NCBI GenBank assembly: GCA_011174795.1
Contig: DUEY01000001.1
Coordinates: forward strand, 47,264 to 111,263
Length of the DNA: 64,000 nucleotides
DNA from: Dehalococcoidia bacterium
Lineage (GTDB): Bacteria > Chloroflexota > Dehalococcoidia > SZUA-161
Direction: 5' to 3'
Shown here one piece after another: positions 8,162-18,343 of the stretch; position 1 is the first letter of the stretch; the number at the start of each line of letters is the position of its first letter. The position numbers were made by a program, and so were the translations under genes. The notes under the pieces were generated by a model, which was not told where the DNA came from, made no database searches, and saw only the letters and a program-made list of their open reading frames with translations.

Positions 8162-10588
8162 CTAATCTTTACTGAGATAACCGATTGATGCTACCGAATC
8201 ACCCTCATCCATCCTCATCACACTTACCCCCTGGGTACCCCTGCCTTGAATGGATATACCCTCAACGGATGTGCGAATGATGATTCCCTTAGCTGATATG
8301 AGCATCAACTCATAGGATGGATCAACAACGCCCGCTGCTACAACCTTGCCAGTCTTGGGGACAACCTTAAAGGTACGCACACCACCACCGGCACGCTTCT
8401 GCTGGGGATAAAGTTTAATCGGCGTACATTTGCCATATCCTTTCTCGCTAACCACAAGCAGATAAGAATCAGGGTCAGCAACCTCCATGCCCACCACTCT
8501 ATCGCTAGGAGCGAGACGGATACCTTTCACACCCCCACTGGTTCTGGAAGCGGTGCGCAATTCGGATATGGCGAACTTTATCGATTGCCCACGCTCCGTT
8601 ATCAATATGACCTTATCGCCTTCTGCGGCTATCCTAGCTGAGACCAGTTCATCACTAGGTTCCAGGTCCATAGCAATAAGTCCGCTCGAACGTACTGACG
8701 AGAACTGATCCAGTTTGGTCTTTTTCACCTCACCCATGCGGGTAGCGACCACCATGAACTTATTCTCCTCGTAATTGGGCACCGTAAGAACCGTAGTCAC
8801 CTTCTCTTTAACGTCTATAGCGATCAGATTAACAACTGGTATTCCCTTAGCTACCCGGGAGCTTTCCCTGGGGATGTCGTAGCACTTGAGACGGAATACC
8901 CGGCCTCGATCGGTAAAGAACAACAGGTTATGATGGGTACTGGCAACTAGTATTCGCTGAACAGCATCCGTTTCCCTAGTCGCCATTCCCACGATACCCC
9001 TACCACCCCTATGCTGCTGACGGTAGATCTCGGTCGGCACTCTCTTGATGTAACCCCTGTTACTCAAGGTTACTACCATCGGCTGCTGGGGGATAAGGTC
9101 TTCGTCGCTGAAATCGGTTATCTCAATATCGCTGATATCGGTGCGCCTGGGGTCGCCGTACCTGGACTTCAACTCGCCGACCTCCTCCTTAATCAGGAAG
9201 TCGATCTTCTTAGGATTAGCTAAGAGGTCTTCCAGGTAGGCGATGGTTTTCAGTAATTCGGTATATTCATCGGCAATCTTCTTGCGCTCCAGAGCCGCCA
9301 GACGGCGTAACTGCATATCCAGAATCGCCTGTGCCTGAACTTGCGTGAGGTCAAAATTCTTCATCAAGTTGTTGCGAGCCGTCTCAACCGTCTGCGAACG
9401 GCGAATGGTGGCGATAACCTCGTTGAGGTTATCGAGGGCTATTCTGAATCCCTCAAGGATATGAGCTCTTTCCTTCGCTCGCTCAAGGTCATATTGGGAC
9501 CTGCGAGTGATTACCTGGCGGCGGAAGTCTATATAGTGAAGGAGCGCTGTCTTCAGAGTTACCATCTTTGGCTGGCCGTTTACAAGGGCCAGCATGTTGA
9601 CGAAGAAGGACGACTGCATGGCCGTGTGCTTATACAGGTTGTTCAGTACCTTCTGTGCCTGCGCGTCCCGCCTTAACTCAATAACAATACGCATACCTTC
9701 CCTGTCCGACTCATCCCGTACCTCGGATATGCCATCCACCCTCTTGTTCCTTATCAGCTCGGCTATCCTCTCCACGAGCGAAGCCTTATTGGTCTGATAG
9801 GGCAGCTCTGAAACCACTATCTGGTACCTTCCGCCTCTAGAAGCTTCCTCGATATGCGTCCTCGCTCGAATCACCATCCTGCCATGCCCGGTTGCATAAG
9901 CACTCTTTATCCCCTCCCGTCCCTCCAATCCGCCACCAGTGGGGAAATCTGGCCCCGGGATCAGTTCAAGAAGGTCGTCGATAGTAGCCTCGGGGTTATC
10001 TATAAGGCAAGAGATGCCATCACAGAGTTCGCCGAGATTATGAGGAGGGATGTTAGTCGCCATGCCCACTGCGATCCCAGAGGCACCGTTCAGTAGCAAA
10101 TTGGGCAGCTTCGCAGGGAGAACCGCAGGCTCTTTAAGGCTATCGTCGAAATTCGGGACAAAGTCGACAGTATCCTTTTCGATATCAGCAAGCATCTCAC
10201 TGGCTATTCGTGCCAAGCGAGCCTCGGTATATCTCATCGCCGCAGGCGGGTCATTATCTATACTGCCGAAATTACCCTGCCCATCAACCAGGGGATATCT
10301 CATGGAGAAATCCTGAGCCATACGGACCATCGCATCATAGACTGCGGTATCTCCATGGGGATGGTACTTGCCCAGCACCTCACCAACGATACGGGCGCTC
10401 TTCTTGTATGGACTGTCATGACGCAGTCCCATATCGTTCAAAGCATACAGTATTCGCCTCTGTACAGGCTTCAGGCCGTCCTGGACATCAGGCAGAGCAC
10501 GAGAGACGATAACACTCATAGCATAATCGAGATAAGAGCTTTTCATCTCATCTTCGACTTTGACCAGCTTCACCGTTCCTATATCCAT
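8162..10588 (-). CDS. gyrA: DNA gyrase subunit A
   Basis: 808 aa. [30 protein letters not shown], the active-site region AAMRYTE, and C-terminal beta-pinwheel repeats. Confidence 0.97.
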   Translation of the reverse strand: MDIGTVKLVKVEDEMKSSYLDYAMSVIVSRALPDVQDGLKPVQRRILYALNDMGLRHDSPYKKSARIVGEVLGKYHPHGDTAVYDAMVRMAQDFSMRYPLVDGQGNFGSIDNDPPAAMRYTEARLARIASEMLADIEKDTVDFVPNFDDSLKEPAVLPAKLPNLLLNGASGIAVGMATNIPPHNLGELCDGISCLIDNPEATIDDLLELIPGPDFPTGGGLEGREGIKSAYATGHGRMVIRARTHIEEASRGGRYQIVVSELPYQTNKASLVERIAELIRNKRVDGISEVRDESDREGMRIVIELRRDAQAQKVLNNLYKHTAMQSSFFVNMLALVNGQPKMVTLKTALLHYIDFRRQVITRRSQYDLERAKERAHILEGFRIALDNLNEVIATIRRSQTVETARNNLMKNFDLTQVQAQAILDMQLRRLAALERKKIADEYTELLKTIAYLEDLLANPKKIDFLIKEEVGELKSRYGDPRRTDISDIEITDFSDEDLIPQQPMVVTLSNRGYIKRVPTEIYRQQHRGGRGIVGMATRETDAVQRILVASTHHNLLFFTDRGRVFRLKCYDIPRESSRVAKGIPVVNLIAIDVKEKVTTVLTVPNYEENKFMVVATRMGEVKKTKLDQFSSVRSSGLIAMDLEPSDELVSARIAAEGDKVILITERGQSIKFAISELRTASRTSGGVKGIRLAPSDRVVGMEVADPDSYLLVVSEKGYGKCTPIKLYPQQKRAGGGVRTFKVVPKTGKVVAAGVVDPSYELMLISAKGIIIRTSVEGISIQGRGTQGVSVMRMDEGDSVASIGYLSKD

Positions 10589-10686
10589 ACCAATATTCCT
10601 CCGAAAGCACTTCGCTTCTCAGCTAGCTTCGGTGCTATGAAGCCATGTACTGACAACAGTGTACCACTGTCAGGTACCTCCGTAAA

Positions 10687-10722
10687 GTAGGAAAGCCGAG
10701 GCAATTGCCTCGGCTTTCCTAC
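10687..10722 (-). terminator. Perfect 36-nt palindrome (18-bp stem), probable intrinsic terminator after the TPR gene
   Basis: gtaggaaagccgaggcaa/ttgcctcggctttcctac, 20 nt downstream of the stop at 10743. Followed on the minus strand by TTTAC. Confidence 0.6.
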
Positions 10723-10742
10723 TCACACTATAGCTTAACTTA

Positions 10743-11597
10743 CTACTGCTCTTCCAAATCAGCGTCGTCCTCCTCGTCCGCCTCACCCTCAAGAGAAACT
10801 ACCTCCTCATGGTAGGTTATATCATCATGAGATGCCCCTTCCTTCTCTGGCCCACCGGTATATTCCTCCTCAAATCCCTCTTCCTCTTCTTCACGTTCAT
10901 ACTTCAGCATGCTATCTTTAACATAGGCCCTAAAGTCATCAGCGGCCCGCGCCGGGAACGAAGGTCGCCCTGCCTGGCTGGGATGCTGATAGTCCTCTTT
11001 TATCATCACCCTGACAGCGTCTGTCGCTATGCTGGCGATGGCAGCAGAATACCTGTTGCCTCCCTCGATAAGTTTGACAAGGCGCAGTCCCAGCTTGGGA
11101 TCGACCTCCCCGATATAATCCCCATCAACGCTGACCACCATCAAACTTTGCCCCCCAGACTCAAGGCTAACAGGGTCGCCAGCGGCCATTTTCGCCAGCA
11201 CCTCCTGGTCAGCAAGATTGTTCAGGTCAGCCACTGCAGCCTTCCCTGTTTCCTCAATGAAAAGGTGCGAGCTGACTTGCTTGACGACCTTGGGCTCAGT
11301 TCCCGCTTCCTTGAGATAAGCCAGACGCTCCAGGTTCTTCTTGGCAATGCTGTTATGGGGCTCAAGCTCGAGAGCCCGCTGGTAGGCCCCAGTAGCTTCA
11401 TCATACTTCCCCAGTTGAGTTAACGCCTTACCCAGCCGATTGTAGGCATCCGCATCATCAGGAAATACGTCAATTATGCTCTGGTTGACAGCAACGGCCT
11501 CCTCCCACCTACTCTGCATAGCCAGGGCTATAGCCTCATTAGTACGCTGTCTTCTCAGCCTCGCCTTCTCGCTTAGCTGATAGAATACCATATCCAC
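10743..11597 (-). CDS. TPR-repeat protein with uncharacterised middle domain and poly-acidic C-terminus
   Basis: N-terminal TPR-like repeats (AYNRLGKALTQLGKYDEATGAYQRALELEPHN). C-terminal about 60 aa is Glu/Asp-rich (EREEEEEGFEEE...EADEEDDADLEEQ). Confidence 0.6.
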   Translation of the reverse strand: MDMVFYQLSEKARLRRQRTNEAIALAMQSRWEEAVAVNQSIIDVFPDDADAYNRLGKALTQLGKYDEATGAYQRALELEPHNSIAKKNLERLAYLKEAGTEPKVVKQVSSHLFIEETGKAAVADLNNLADQEVLAKMAAGDPVSLESGGQSLMVVSVDGDYIGEVDPKLGLRLVKLIEGGNRYSAAIASIATDAVRVMIKEDYQHPSQAGRPSFPARAADDFRAYVKDSMLKYEREEEEEGFEEEYTGGPEKEGASHDDITYHEEVVSLEGEADEEDDADLEEQ

Positions 11598-11886
11598 CTC
11601 AACTGAGTACCTCGGTGATTTCCAATCTGCGAATTTTAACCGCTTTCCAGGGCATTTGCAATACTTAAAAGCCCCCTTTTTTCGAAATTAGGCTTAAGAC
11701 AGTATAATTACCCGTAGCGGTATAGCAGCCCAAGTAAATGCCGTAACAGAAATCCTGCAATCAACCTATGATTTGGCAAAGTTTAAAGCCATGAAAGCGA
11801 AAAGTCAACATATCCTATTACAAACTGTGAGGCAGACAGTGCCGTGCTTGCCAGTCTAACGCCACGAGGTTTATAATCAGTCGGTA

Positions 11887-12489
11887 ATGAGGAACGTACA
11901 ACTTGCCAGAGCATCCGCCCGCAATGGACTCAGCGTCGAGAAAGCTATTCTACAGCGGAGGTCCAGGAGAAATTTCACAGGGCGTACAATGTCCTCAGAT
12001 GAACTATCTCGCATCCTCTACTATTCATGCGGCATCACCGACGAACGTAACGGGCTGAGAGCTGCCCCATCAGCAGGAGCTACCTACCCCATAGAGGTCT
12101 ACACCATGGCAAACAACGTCGAGGATTTACCCCGGGGTATTTATCGCTATCTGGTCGACTCCCATGAACTGGAACTCGTCCGTGATGGTGATTTCCGCCG
12201 GGAGATGTCCCAGGCTGCCCTCGGCGAGAAGATGCTACTACAGGCAAACGTGATTTTGGTTCTCTCTGCTATATTCCAGCGCACCCAGCGGCGATATCGA
12301 GAGCGTGCCCTGCGCTACATCCTCTTCGAGGCAGGGCATATCGCCCAAAACACCTGCCTAATAGCCACTTCAATGGGATTAGGCTCCTGCGCCATCGGCG
12401 CTTTCTACGACGATGACATGAACCGGTTGATGGGATTCGACGGCAGAGAGGAAAGTGTGCTCTACATCGTAGCGGTGGGCCATATTTAA
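11887..12489 (+). CDS. SagB/ThcOx-type nitroreductase-family protein
   Basis: 200 aa. RRSRRNF, RAAPSAGATYPIEVY and FEAGHIAQN motifs are typical of the SagB-type dehydrogenase domain. Confidence 0.7.
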   Translation: MRNVQLARASARNGLSVEKAILQRRSRRNFTGRTMSSDELSRILYYSCGITDERNGLRAAPSAGATYPIEVYTMANNVEDLPRGIYRYLVDSHELELVRDGDFRREMSQAALGEKMLLQANVILVLSAIFQRTQRRYRERALRYILFEAGHIAQNTCLIATSMGLGSCAIGAFYDDDMNRLMGFDGREESVLYIVAVGHI

Positions 12490-12503
12490 TAAAGGAACAA
12501 CCT

Positions 12504-13022
12504 TTGAACAAGCTCAAGGTTCTTATCAGCAAAGAGGAAATCGAAAAGAAGGTCACTGAACTCGCTGCTGAACTCAGGGAGGACTACCATGAGAAGAACC
12601 CTCTCCTCATCGGCGCACTCAAGGGCTGCTTCGTTTTTATGTCCGATTTGGTACGCAAACTGGACATACCAGTTGAGGTCGATTTCATCAAGGTATCGAG
12701 CTACGGCATCGGCACACATTCCTCCGGCAAAATCAAGCTGGAACATGGTACCAAGACCCCGATCGAGGGAAGGCATGTGCTGGTGATCGAGGACATAGTC
12801 GACACCGGACTCACCGTGCGTTTCCTTCTTGATTACATTAGCCGCCGAAAGCCAGCATCGCTCAAGCTGTGCACACTGTTCGACAAGCCCTCGGGGCGAG
12901 TCATGGCGGTTCCCATTGACTACATGGGCTTCACTATTCCCGATGCCTTTGTCATCGGCTACGGGCTTGACTTCGATGAAAAGTTCCGCTACCTGCCGGA
13001 CCTGTGCATCCTGGAGGATTGA
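12504..13022 (+). CDS. hpt: Hypoxanthine phosphoribosyltransferase
   Basis: TTG start; 172 aa. PRPP-binding loop VLVIEDIVDTGLT and GYGLDFDEKFRYLPD C-terminal motif. Confidence 0.9.
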   Translation: MNKLKVLISKEEIEKKVTELAAELREDYHEKNPLLIGALKGCFVFMSDLVRKLDIPVEVDFIKVSSYGIGTHSSGKIKLEHGTKTPIEGRHVLVIEDIVDTGLTVRFLLDYISRRKPASLKLCTLFDKPSGRVMAVPIDYMGFTIPDAFVIGYGLDFDEKFRYLPDLCILED

Positions 13023-13027
13023 ACGGG

Positions 13028-14728
13028 ATGAGCTTAGAGAAATTGATATCCGTAGCCAGAGGCGATGCCACTGCCGACCTCCTGCTCACAAACGCCAGAA
13101 TAGTGAACACCTTCACCGCCGAAATCGAGGATGGTAACGTTGCCATCCACCAAGGTCGCATAGCGGGAATCGGAGAATATAATCAGGCGAAAAAGGTGAT
13201 AGACCTCAGGGGCAGATATGTAGCACCAGGGCTGATAGACGGGCATATCCACATCGAAAGCTCACTGCTCCACCCAGCCGAGTATGCCAGGGCAGTAGTT
13301 CCCCGAGGGGTTTCCGCCGTGGTCACCGATTTCCACGAGATGGCTAACGTCACCGGCCTGAAGGGGCTCAGGTATCTAATGGACTGCACACGACCCCTGC
13401 CCATGGACTTCTACTTTATGGCGCCCTCCTGCGTACCTGCCACCCATCTTGATACAGCAGGGGCCGAGCTTGGGCCCGAGGAAATCCGCACTGCTCTGCG
13501 CTGGAAAGGCGTAATCGGCCTGGGCGAGATGATGAACTTCCCCGGGGTCATTCATAACGACCCGGGAGTACTGCAAAAAATCAAGCTCTCGAAAAATAAG
13601 GTGCTTGATGGCCACGCTCCCGGTCTCAGTGGTAGAGATTTAAATGCCTACCTGTCAGCAGGCATCGGCTCCGACCATGAGTCTACCGATTTCGAGGAAG
13701 GTAGGGAGAAGCTTAGACGGGGAATGTACCTCATGATCAGGGAGGGCTCATCAGAGGAAAACCTCGATGAACTGCTCCCGCTGGTAACTGATAAGACCTA
13801 CAAGAGATGCTTCTTTGTGGTCGACGACCGTACCTGCGCCGACCTGCTCCAAAAGGGAGATATCGATGCCGTGGTTAGAAAGGCTATAGCGAGAGGACTC
13901 GACCCTATCCGCGCATTACAGATGGCAACAATCAATACGGCCGAATTCTTCAGGCAGCACCAGGTGGGAGGCGTAGCACCGGGATACATAGCCAACCTCA
14001 TAGTAATCAGCGACCTATCCAGGCTAGTCGTTGATATGGTCTTCTACCGGGGCAAGCTGGTCGCCAAGGATGGCGAGGCGCTCTTCTCAACCACCCGGCA
14101 CACTGACCCCGGTGTCATCCACACAGTGACCGTCAAGCCTTTCAGCATAAAGGCGTTGAAGATACCCGCCGCAAAAAAATCGCTGCCGGTCATCGAGGTC
14201 GTCCCCGGACAGGTAATCACCAGGAAAATCGATATGGAGGCAAAAACAGAAGGGGACTCAGCCGTTCCCGATACCGAGCGCGATATCCTGAAGCTGGCGG
14301 TAGTGGAAAGGCACAGGGCCAGCGGCAATATCGGTCTGGGGTTTGTTAAGGGCTTCGGGCTTAAAGAAGGTGCGCTTGGTTCCTCGATAGCCCATGACTC
14401 TCACAATATAATCGTCGTGGGTACCAACGACGAGGACATAGTCGCGGCGATCAAGGAGATCGAGAGGCTTCAGGGCGGGCTGGCTGTGGCTAAAGGAGGC
14501 GCAATCCGGGGCTCACTGGCCCTGCCTATCGCCGGGCTGTTATCGGATGAGCCGTTGCAGACCGTGGTAGCCAAGCTGGAGGAGTTACAAAAGATAGCAG
14601 CAAACCTGGGCTGCTCACTTCCTCACCCCTTCGCCACCCTCTCCTTCCTCGCCCTGCCCGTGATACCGGAACTCAGGCTGACCGATAAGGGGCTGGTAGA
14701 TGTGCTGGCTTTCAAGTTACTTGATTGA
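13028..14728 (+). CDS. ade: Adenine deaminase
   Basis: ATG 13028 lies just after the hpt stop. Amidohydrolase motifs (PGLIDGHIHIESS, LDGHAPG, SDHES) and length about 566 aa match Ade. Confidence 0.85.
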   Translation: MSLEKLISVARGDATADLLLTNARIVNTFTAEIEDGNVAIHQGRIAGIGEYNQAKKVIDLRGRYVAPGLIDGHIHIESSLLHPAEYARAVVPRGVSAVVTDFHEMANVTGLKGLRYLMDCTRPLPMDFYFMAPSCVPATHLDTAGAELGPEEIRTALRWKGVIGLGEMMNFPGVIHNDPGVLQKIKLSKNKVLDGHAPGLSGRDLNAYLSAGIGSDHESTDFEEGREKLRRGMYLMIREGSSEENLDELLPLVTDKTYKRCFFVVDDRTCADLLQKGDIDAVVRKAIARGLDPIRALQMATINTAEFFRQHQVGGVAPGYIANLIVISDLSRLVVDMVFYRGKLVAKDGEALFSTTRHTDPGVIHTVTVKPFSIKALKIPAAKKSLPVIEVVPGQVITRKIDMEAKTEGDSAVPDTERDILKLAVVERHRASGNIGLGFVKGFGLKEGALGSSIAHDSHNIIVVGTNDEDIVAAIKEIERLQGGLAVAKGGAIRGSLALPIAGLLSDEPLQTVVAKLEELQKIAANLGCSLPHPFATLSFLALPVIPELRLTDKGLVDVLAFKLLD

Positions 14729-14739
14729 GGAATAGACAG

Positions 14740-15288
14740 ATGAATGAGCGAAAAGATAAACCGAAATCAGATATCGACTTCAGATTAATGGCGATATTCT
14801 TCAAGGTCAGGGACCTTTTCAGGAACCCAGAGAAACTGCTGCAGAAAGTTGCCATTAAAGAAGGACAAACCATCCTGGACTTCGGCTGCGGCTCAGGAAG
14901 CTACACCATCCCCGCCGCTGAGATGGTAGGCGCAGAGGGAACGGTATATGCCCTGGACATACATCCCTTAGCAGCGAAAATAGTTGGCAAAAAGGCCCGA
15001 AAGAAAGGCCTAACCAATATTGCCACGATCACCTCGGACAGGGACACCGGATTGCCGGATCAAAGCGTAGATATAGTACTGCTATTCGACACGATTCAAT
15101 GTATAAACGATAAAACAGCATTACTATCAGAGCTACATAGAGCGATGAAACCAGGTGGCATTCTCTCAATTCTCGTCGAGCACATTAAAGTGGAGGATGT
15201 TATAGAAATTGCGGAGAAGGATGGCCGCTTCTCTTTACGTGAACGGCACGATAAGCTGCTCAACTTCGAGAGGCACGCGGGCTCATGA
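14740..15288 (+). CDS. Class I SAM-dependent methyltransferase, substrate unknown
   Basis: ATG 14740 after GAGGAA. Motif I ILDFGCGSGSY, then VYALDIHP and MKPGG. Its stop overlaps the mtnA start (ATGA). Confidence 0.75.
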   Translation: MNERKDKPKSDIDFRLMAIFFKVRDLFRNPEKLLQKVAIKEGQTILDFGCGSGSYTIPAAEMVGAEGTVYALDIHPLAAKIVGKKARKKGLTNIATITSDRDTGLPDQSVDIVLLFDTIQCINDKTALLSELHRAMKPGGILSILVEHIKVEDVIEIAEKDGRFSLRERHDKLLNFERHAGS

Positions 15289-16376
15289 AGGGCTTTAAGA
15301 TTATCGAGTGGCTCGGCGACAGGATAAGGACCGTCGACCAGACGAGGTTGCCACACGAAGAGGTTTTTATCGAACTCGCCGACCATCACGAGGTTGCTGA
15401 AGCCATAAAAACGCTGCGCATTCGCGGCGCTCCCGACATCGGCGTCGCCGCCGCTTATGGCTTCGTCCTCGGTTCCCAAAATATCACAGTAGACTCCAGA
15501 GACAAGTTCCTCTCTGAACTGCACTTGGTGAGGGAGACTCTCTCTTTATCCCGTCCCACCGCGGTCAACCTGTTCTGGGCGCTGGACAGGATGAACAGGA
15601 TAGCTCAAAGCGGGAAAGACGTAGCGCAGATAAAGGCAGAGCTTCTCGCAGAGGCACAGCGTATAGAGTCTGAGAACGACGAGGCCAATCGCCTGCTCAG
15701 CGAGTTCGGAGCGGAGTTAATACAGGACGGCTTCACCATATTGACCCACTGCAACGCAGGGTCGCTGGCAACGGCTGCTTACGGTACAGCGCTGGGCATA
15801 ATCAAGATGGCCGTGGAGCAGGGTAAGAAAGTAAAGGTGTACGCCGATGAGACCCGCCCCCTGCTCCAGGGAGCGAGGCTCACCACCTGGGAGTTGCTCA
15901 AGGAAGGTATCCCGGTGACGCTGATAACGGACAATATGGCCGGCTACTTTATACACAAGGGCGAGATAGACTGCATCATCGTCGGCGCCGACCGTATAGC
16001 TGTCAACGGCGACGTGGCCAACAAAATCGGCACCTACACCCTGGCGGTACTGGCCACGGAAAACGCCATCCCATTCTACGTCGCCGCGCCGGTGAGCACT
16101 ATCGACCCCTCGATTTCATCAGGTGATGATATACCCATCGAGGAGCGCAGCCCCGACGAGGTCACCCACATTCAGGGGGTCAGAACCGCTCCCGAGGGAG
16201 TGCCGGCAGCCAATCCCGCCTTCGATGTCACGCCTCATTACTACGTGTCCGCAATAATCACCGAAAAGGGCGTTATCAGGGAGCCCTATGTGGAGAGGCT
16301 GGGCACTATTCTAGCCAGCAATCGACCATCGGGGAAAAGCAGGTCATCCAAAAGAGCAGCTAGATTCTTCCGTTGA
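15285..16376 (+). CDS. mtnA: S-methyl-5-thioribose-1-phosphate isomerase (eIF2B-related family)
   Basis: 363 aa. IRGAPDIGVAAAYG, THCNAGSLAT and VGADRIAVNGDVANKIGTY motifs. Adjacent to mtnP. Confidence 0.85.
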   Translation: MKGFKIIEWLGDRIRTVDQTRLPHEEVFIELADHHEVAEAIKTLRIRGAPDIGVAAAYGFVLGSQNITVDSRDKFLSELHLVRETLSLSRPTAVNLFWALDRMNRIAQSGKDVAQIKAELLAEAQRIESENDEANRLLSEFGAELIQDGFTILTHCNAGSLATAAYGTALGIIKMAVEQGKKVKVYADETRPLLQGARLTTWELLKEGIPVTLITDNMAGYFIHKGEIDCIIVGADRIAVNGDVANKIGTYTLAVLATENAIPFYVAAPVSTIDPSISSGDDIPIEERSPDEVTHIQGVRTAPEGVPAANPAFDVTPHYYVSAIITEKGVIREPYVERLGTILASNRPSGKSRSSKRAARFFR

Positions 16377-16388
16377 AGGAGGCAACAG

Positions 16389-17264
16389 ATGCCGGAAGCG
16401 AAATTAGGAGTAATCGGTGGCAGCGGGCTCTACGAGATAGACGGGCTCAGCGATGTCGAGGAGGTAAAGGTCAAGACACCCTTCGGCGACCCCAGCGATG
16501 CTATTGTTACAGGCACGCTTGAGGGAGCGAAGGTCGCCTTCCTCCCCAGGCACGGCCGGGGGCACCGTATCCTGCCCACCGAGGTGCCTTCGCGAGCCAA
16601 CATCTGGGCTTTGAAATCACTGGGGGTGGAGTGGATAATCTCGGTCAGTGCCGTCGGCAGCCTTAAACAGGACGTTCAGCCGCTCGACATCGTTATCCCC
16701 GACCAGATTATCGACCGCACCAAGAGCCGCATAAACACGTTCTTCGGAGATGGTATCGTCGTGCACTGCACCTTTGCCGATCCCTTCTGTCCGGCGCTGA
16801 GCCAGCTCCTCTACCAAGCAGCCTATTATGACGCAGGAACCCGTGTTCCCAGGATACATCCCGAAGGCACCTACGTGGCGATGGAGGGGCCGCTCTTCTC
16901 AACCAGGGCGGAATCCAATCTCTACCGCTCCTGGGGGGCAAGCATCATCGGCATGACCGCGCTACCCGAAGCCAAGCTGGCACGCGAAGCCGAGATATGC
17001 TATGCCACCCTCGCCTGTGTCACCGACTACGATTGCTGGCATGAAATACACGAGTCGGTTACTATAGATATGGTGATACAAAACCTGACAAGAACTGTGG
17101 AGGCGGCTAAGGCGATAATCAAGAAAGCCTGCACGCAGCTTCCCAAGCGAAGGAAATGCGGTTGCACCACCGCCCTTAGGGATGCTATCATTACGTCGGC
17201 TGAACTAATCCCCGCTCACAAAAAGGAGGAGCTGGCCCTGCTGATAGGAAAATACCTGGAATGA
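16389..17264 (+). CDS. mtnP: S-methyl-5'-thioadenosine phosphorylase
   Basis: 291 aa. LGVIGGSGLY, FLPRHGRGHR and GMTALPEAKLAREAE motifs of the PNP/MTAP family. Confidence 0.9.
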   Translation: MPEAKLGVIGGSGLYEIDGLSDVEEVKVKTPFGDPSDAIVTGTLEGAKVAFLPRHGRGHRILPTEVPSRANIWALKSLGVEWIISVSAVGSLKQDVQPLDIVIPDQIIDRTKSRINTFFGDGIVVHCTFADPFCPALSQLLYQAAYYDAGTRVPRIHPEGTYVAMEGPLFSTRAESNLYRSWGASIIGMTALPEAKLAREAEICYATLACVTDYDCWHEIHESVTIDMVIQNLTRTVEAAKAIIKKACTQLPKRRKCGCTTALRDAIITSAELIPAHKKEELALLIGKYLE

Positions 17265-18307
17265 GCAAAGCAAGGTTCGAGCTAAACGGACTCGCTACCG
17301 CAATCGGTAGTATGCCACATGTAGACCCCCAGGAAGCATGCTCTTTAGTTCTATCCCACCTCCCCGAGATACCCGCCTGGCCCCAGCTACCTAACAGGTC
17401 TTTCACAGAGAATATGTACGCCCAGTTCAGCGAGGGTTTCCCCGGAGTGGTTCTGGAGAAGGAGCGCATCTGGATCGACCGCTCCCAGGACCTGAGCAAG
17501 CCCCTGGAGCAGCTCTATTCAGCCTACCTTGAGAACACCATTGACAGCGGTACATTGAGCTATGACTATGCGGCTGGCTTTCATGTTTTCCTTAATAGGG
17601 TCGGAAAAAGCAACGAAAGAGCGGTTAAAGGACAAGTGACGGGGCCCATAAGCTTCGGCTTGACGGTAACAGACCAGGACCGGCGCCCGCTGCTCTACGA
17701 TGACGTCCTCGCCGATGCCCTGGCCAAGCACATCAGGCTAAAGGCCACCTGGCAGGAGCAAGCGCTTAGCAACGTCTTCCCAAATACAATTATCTTCATC
17801 GATGAACCCTATCTCTCTTCCTTTGGCTCTGCGTTTGTCTCCGTCTCCCGCGAGCAGGTAGTAACCCTTCTCGAGGAAGTGCTGGGAGGGATAAACGGGC
17901 TCAAAGGCATTCACTGCTGCGGCAATACCGACTGGTCAGTTGTGCTCCAGACCTCGCTCGATATTCTGAGCCTCGATGCCTATAACTATGGGGAAACGTT
18001 AAGCCTTTATCCCTCCGAGGTAGGCGATTTTCTCAACCGGGGAGGGGTCATCGCCTGGGGAATTATCCCGAACGACGAGCAGTTTTTGACCAAAGAAACG
18101 GCTGCCAGCCTCCTAGAACGCTTGGAGGAGACCATGGGGTTGCTGTCAAAGAAAGGCATTGACTATGATATCCTTACGTCACGATGTCTCATAACGCCGT
18201 CTTGTTCACTGGCCTCAGTCTCAACTGAAGCAGCCGCAAGAGCCCTGGAGATGACAGCCGGGGTTTCATCAGCATTCAGGAAGAAGCTGAATAAGCAGAA
18301 CTCATAG
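17261..18307 (+). CDS. Short MetE-like ('core-MetE'-type) methionine synthase family protein
   Basis: 348 aa, equivalent to only the C-terminal (homocysteine/Zn) domain of MetE. Contains an AIGSMPH motif (cf. TIGSFPQ), plus IHCCGN and ITPSCSL as candidate His/Cys/Cys zinc ligands. ATGA-coupled to mtnP. Confidence 0.6.
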   Translation: MSKARFELNGLATAIGSMPHVDPQEACSLVLSHLPEIPAWPQLPNRSFTENMYAQFSEGFPGVVLEKERIWIDRSQDLSKPLEQLYSAYLENTIDSGTLSYDYAAGFHVFLNRVGKSNERAVKGQVTGPISFGLTVTDQDRRPLLYDDVLADALAKHIRLKATWQEQALSNVFPNTIIFIDEPYLSSFGSAFVSVSREQVVTLLEEVLGGINGLKGIHCCGNTDWSVVLQTSLDILSLDAYNYGETLSLYPSEVGDFLNRGGVIAWGIIPNDEQFLTKETAASLLERLEETMGLLSKKGIDYDILTSRCLITPSCSLASVSTEAAARALEMTAGVSSAFRKKLNKQNS

Positions 18308-18343
18308 CTTTTCACCGATAGCTACATCCGAAAAGGAGGAACT

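Noticed and set aside
11887-12489. SagB-type dehydrogenase as a marker of a thiazole/oxazole RiPP cluster
   Set aside because: No cyclodehydratase (YcaO/E1-like), precursor peptide or transporter is adjacent. The neighbours are purine-salvage genes, so it is more likely a stand-alone nitroreductase-family enzyme.
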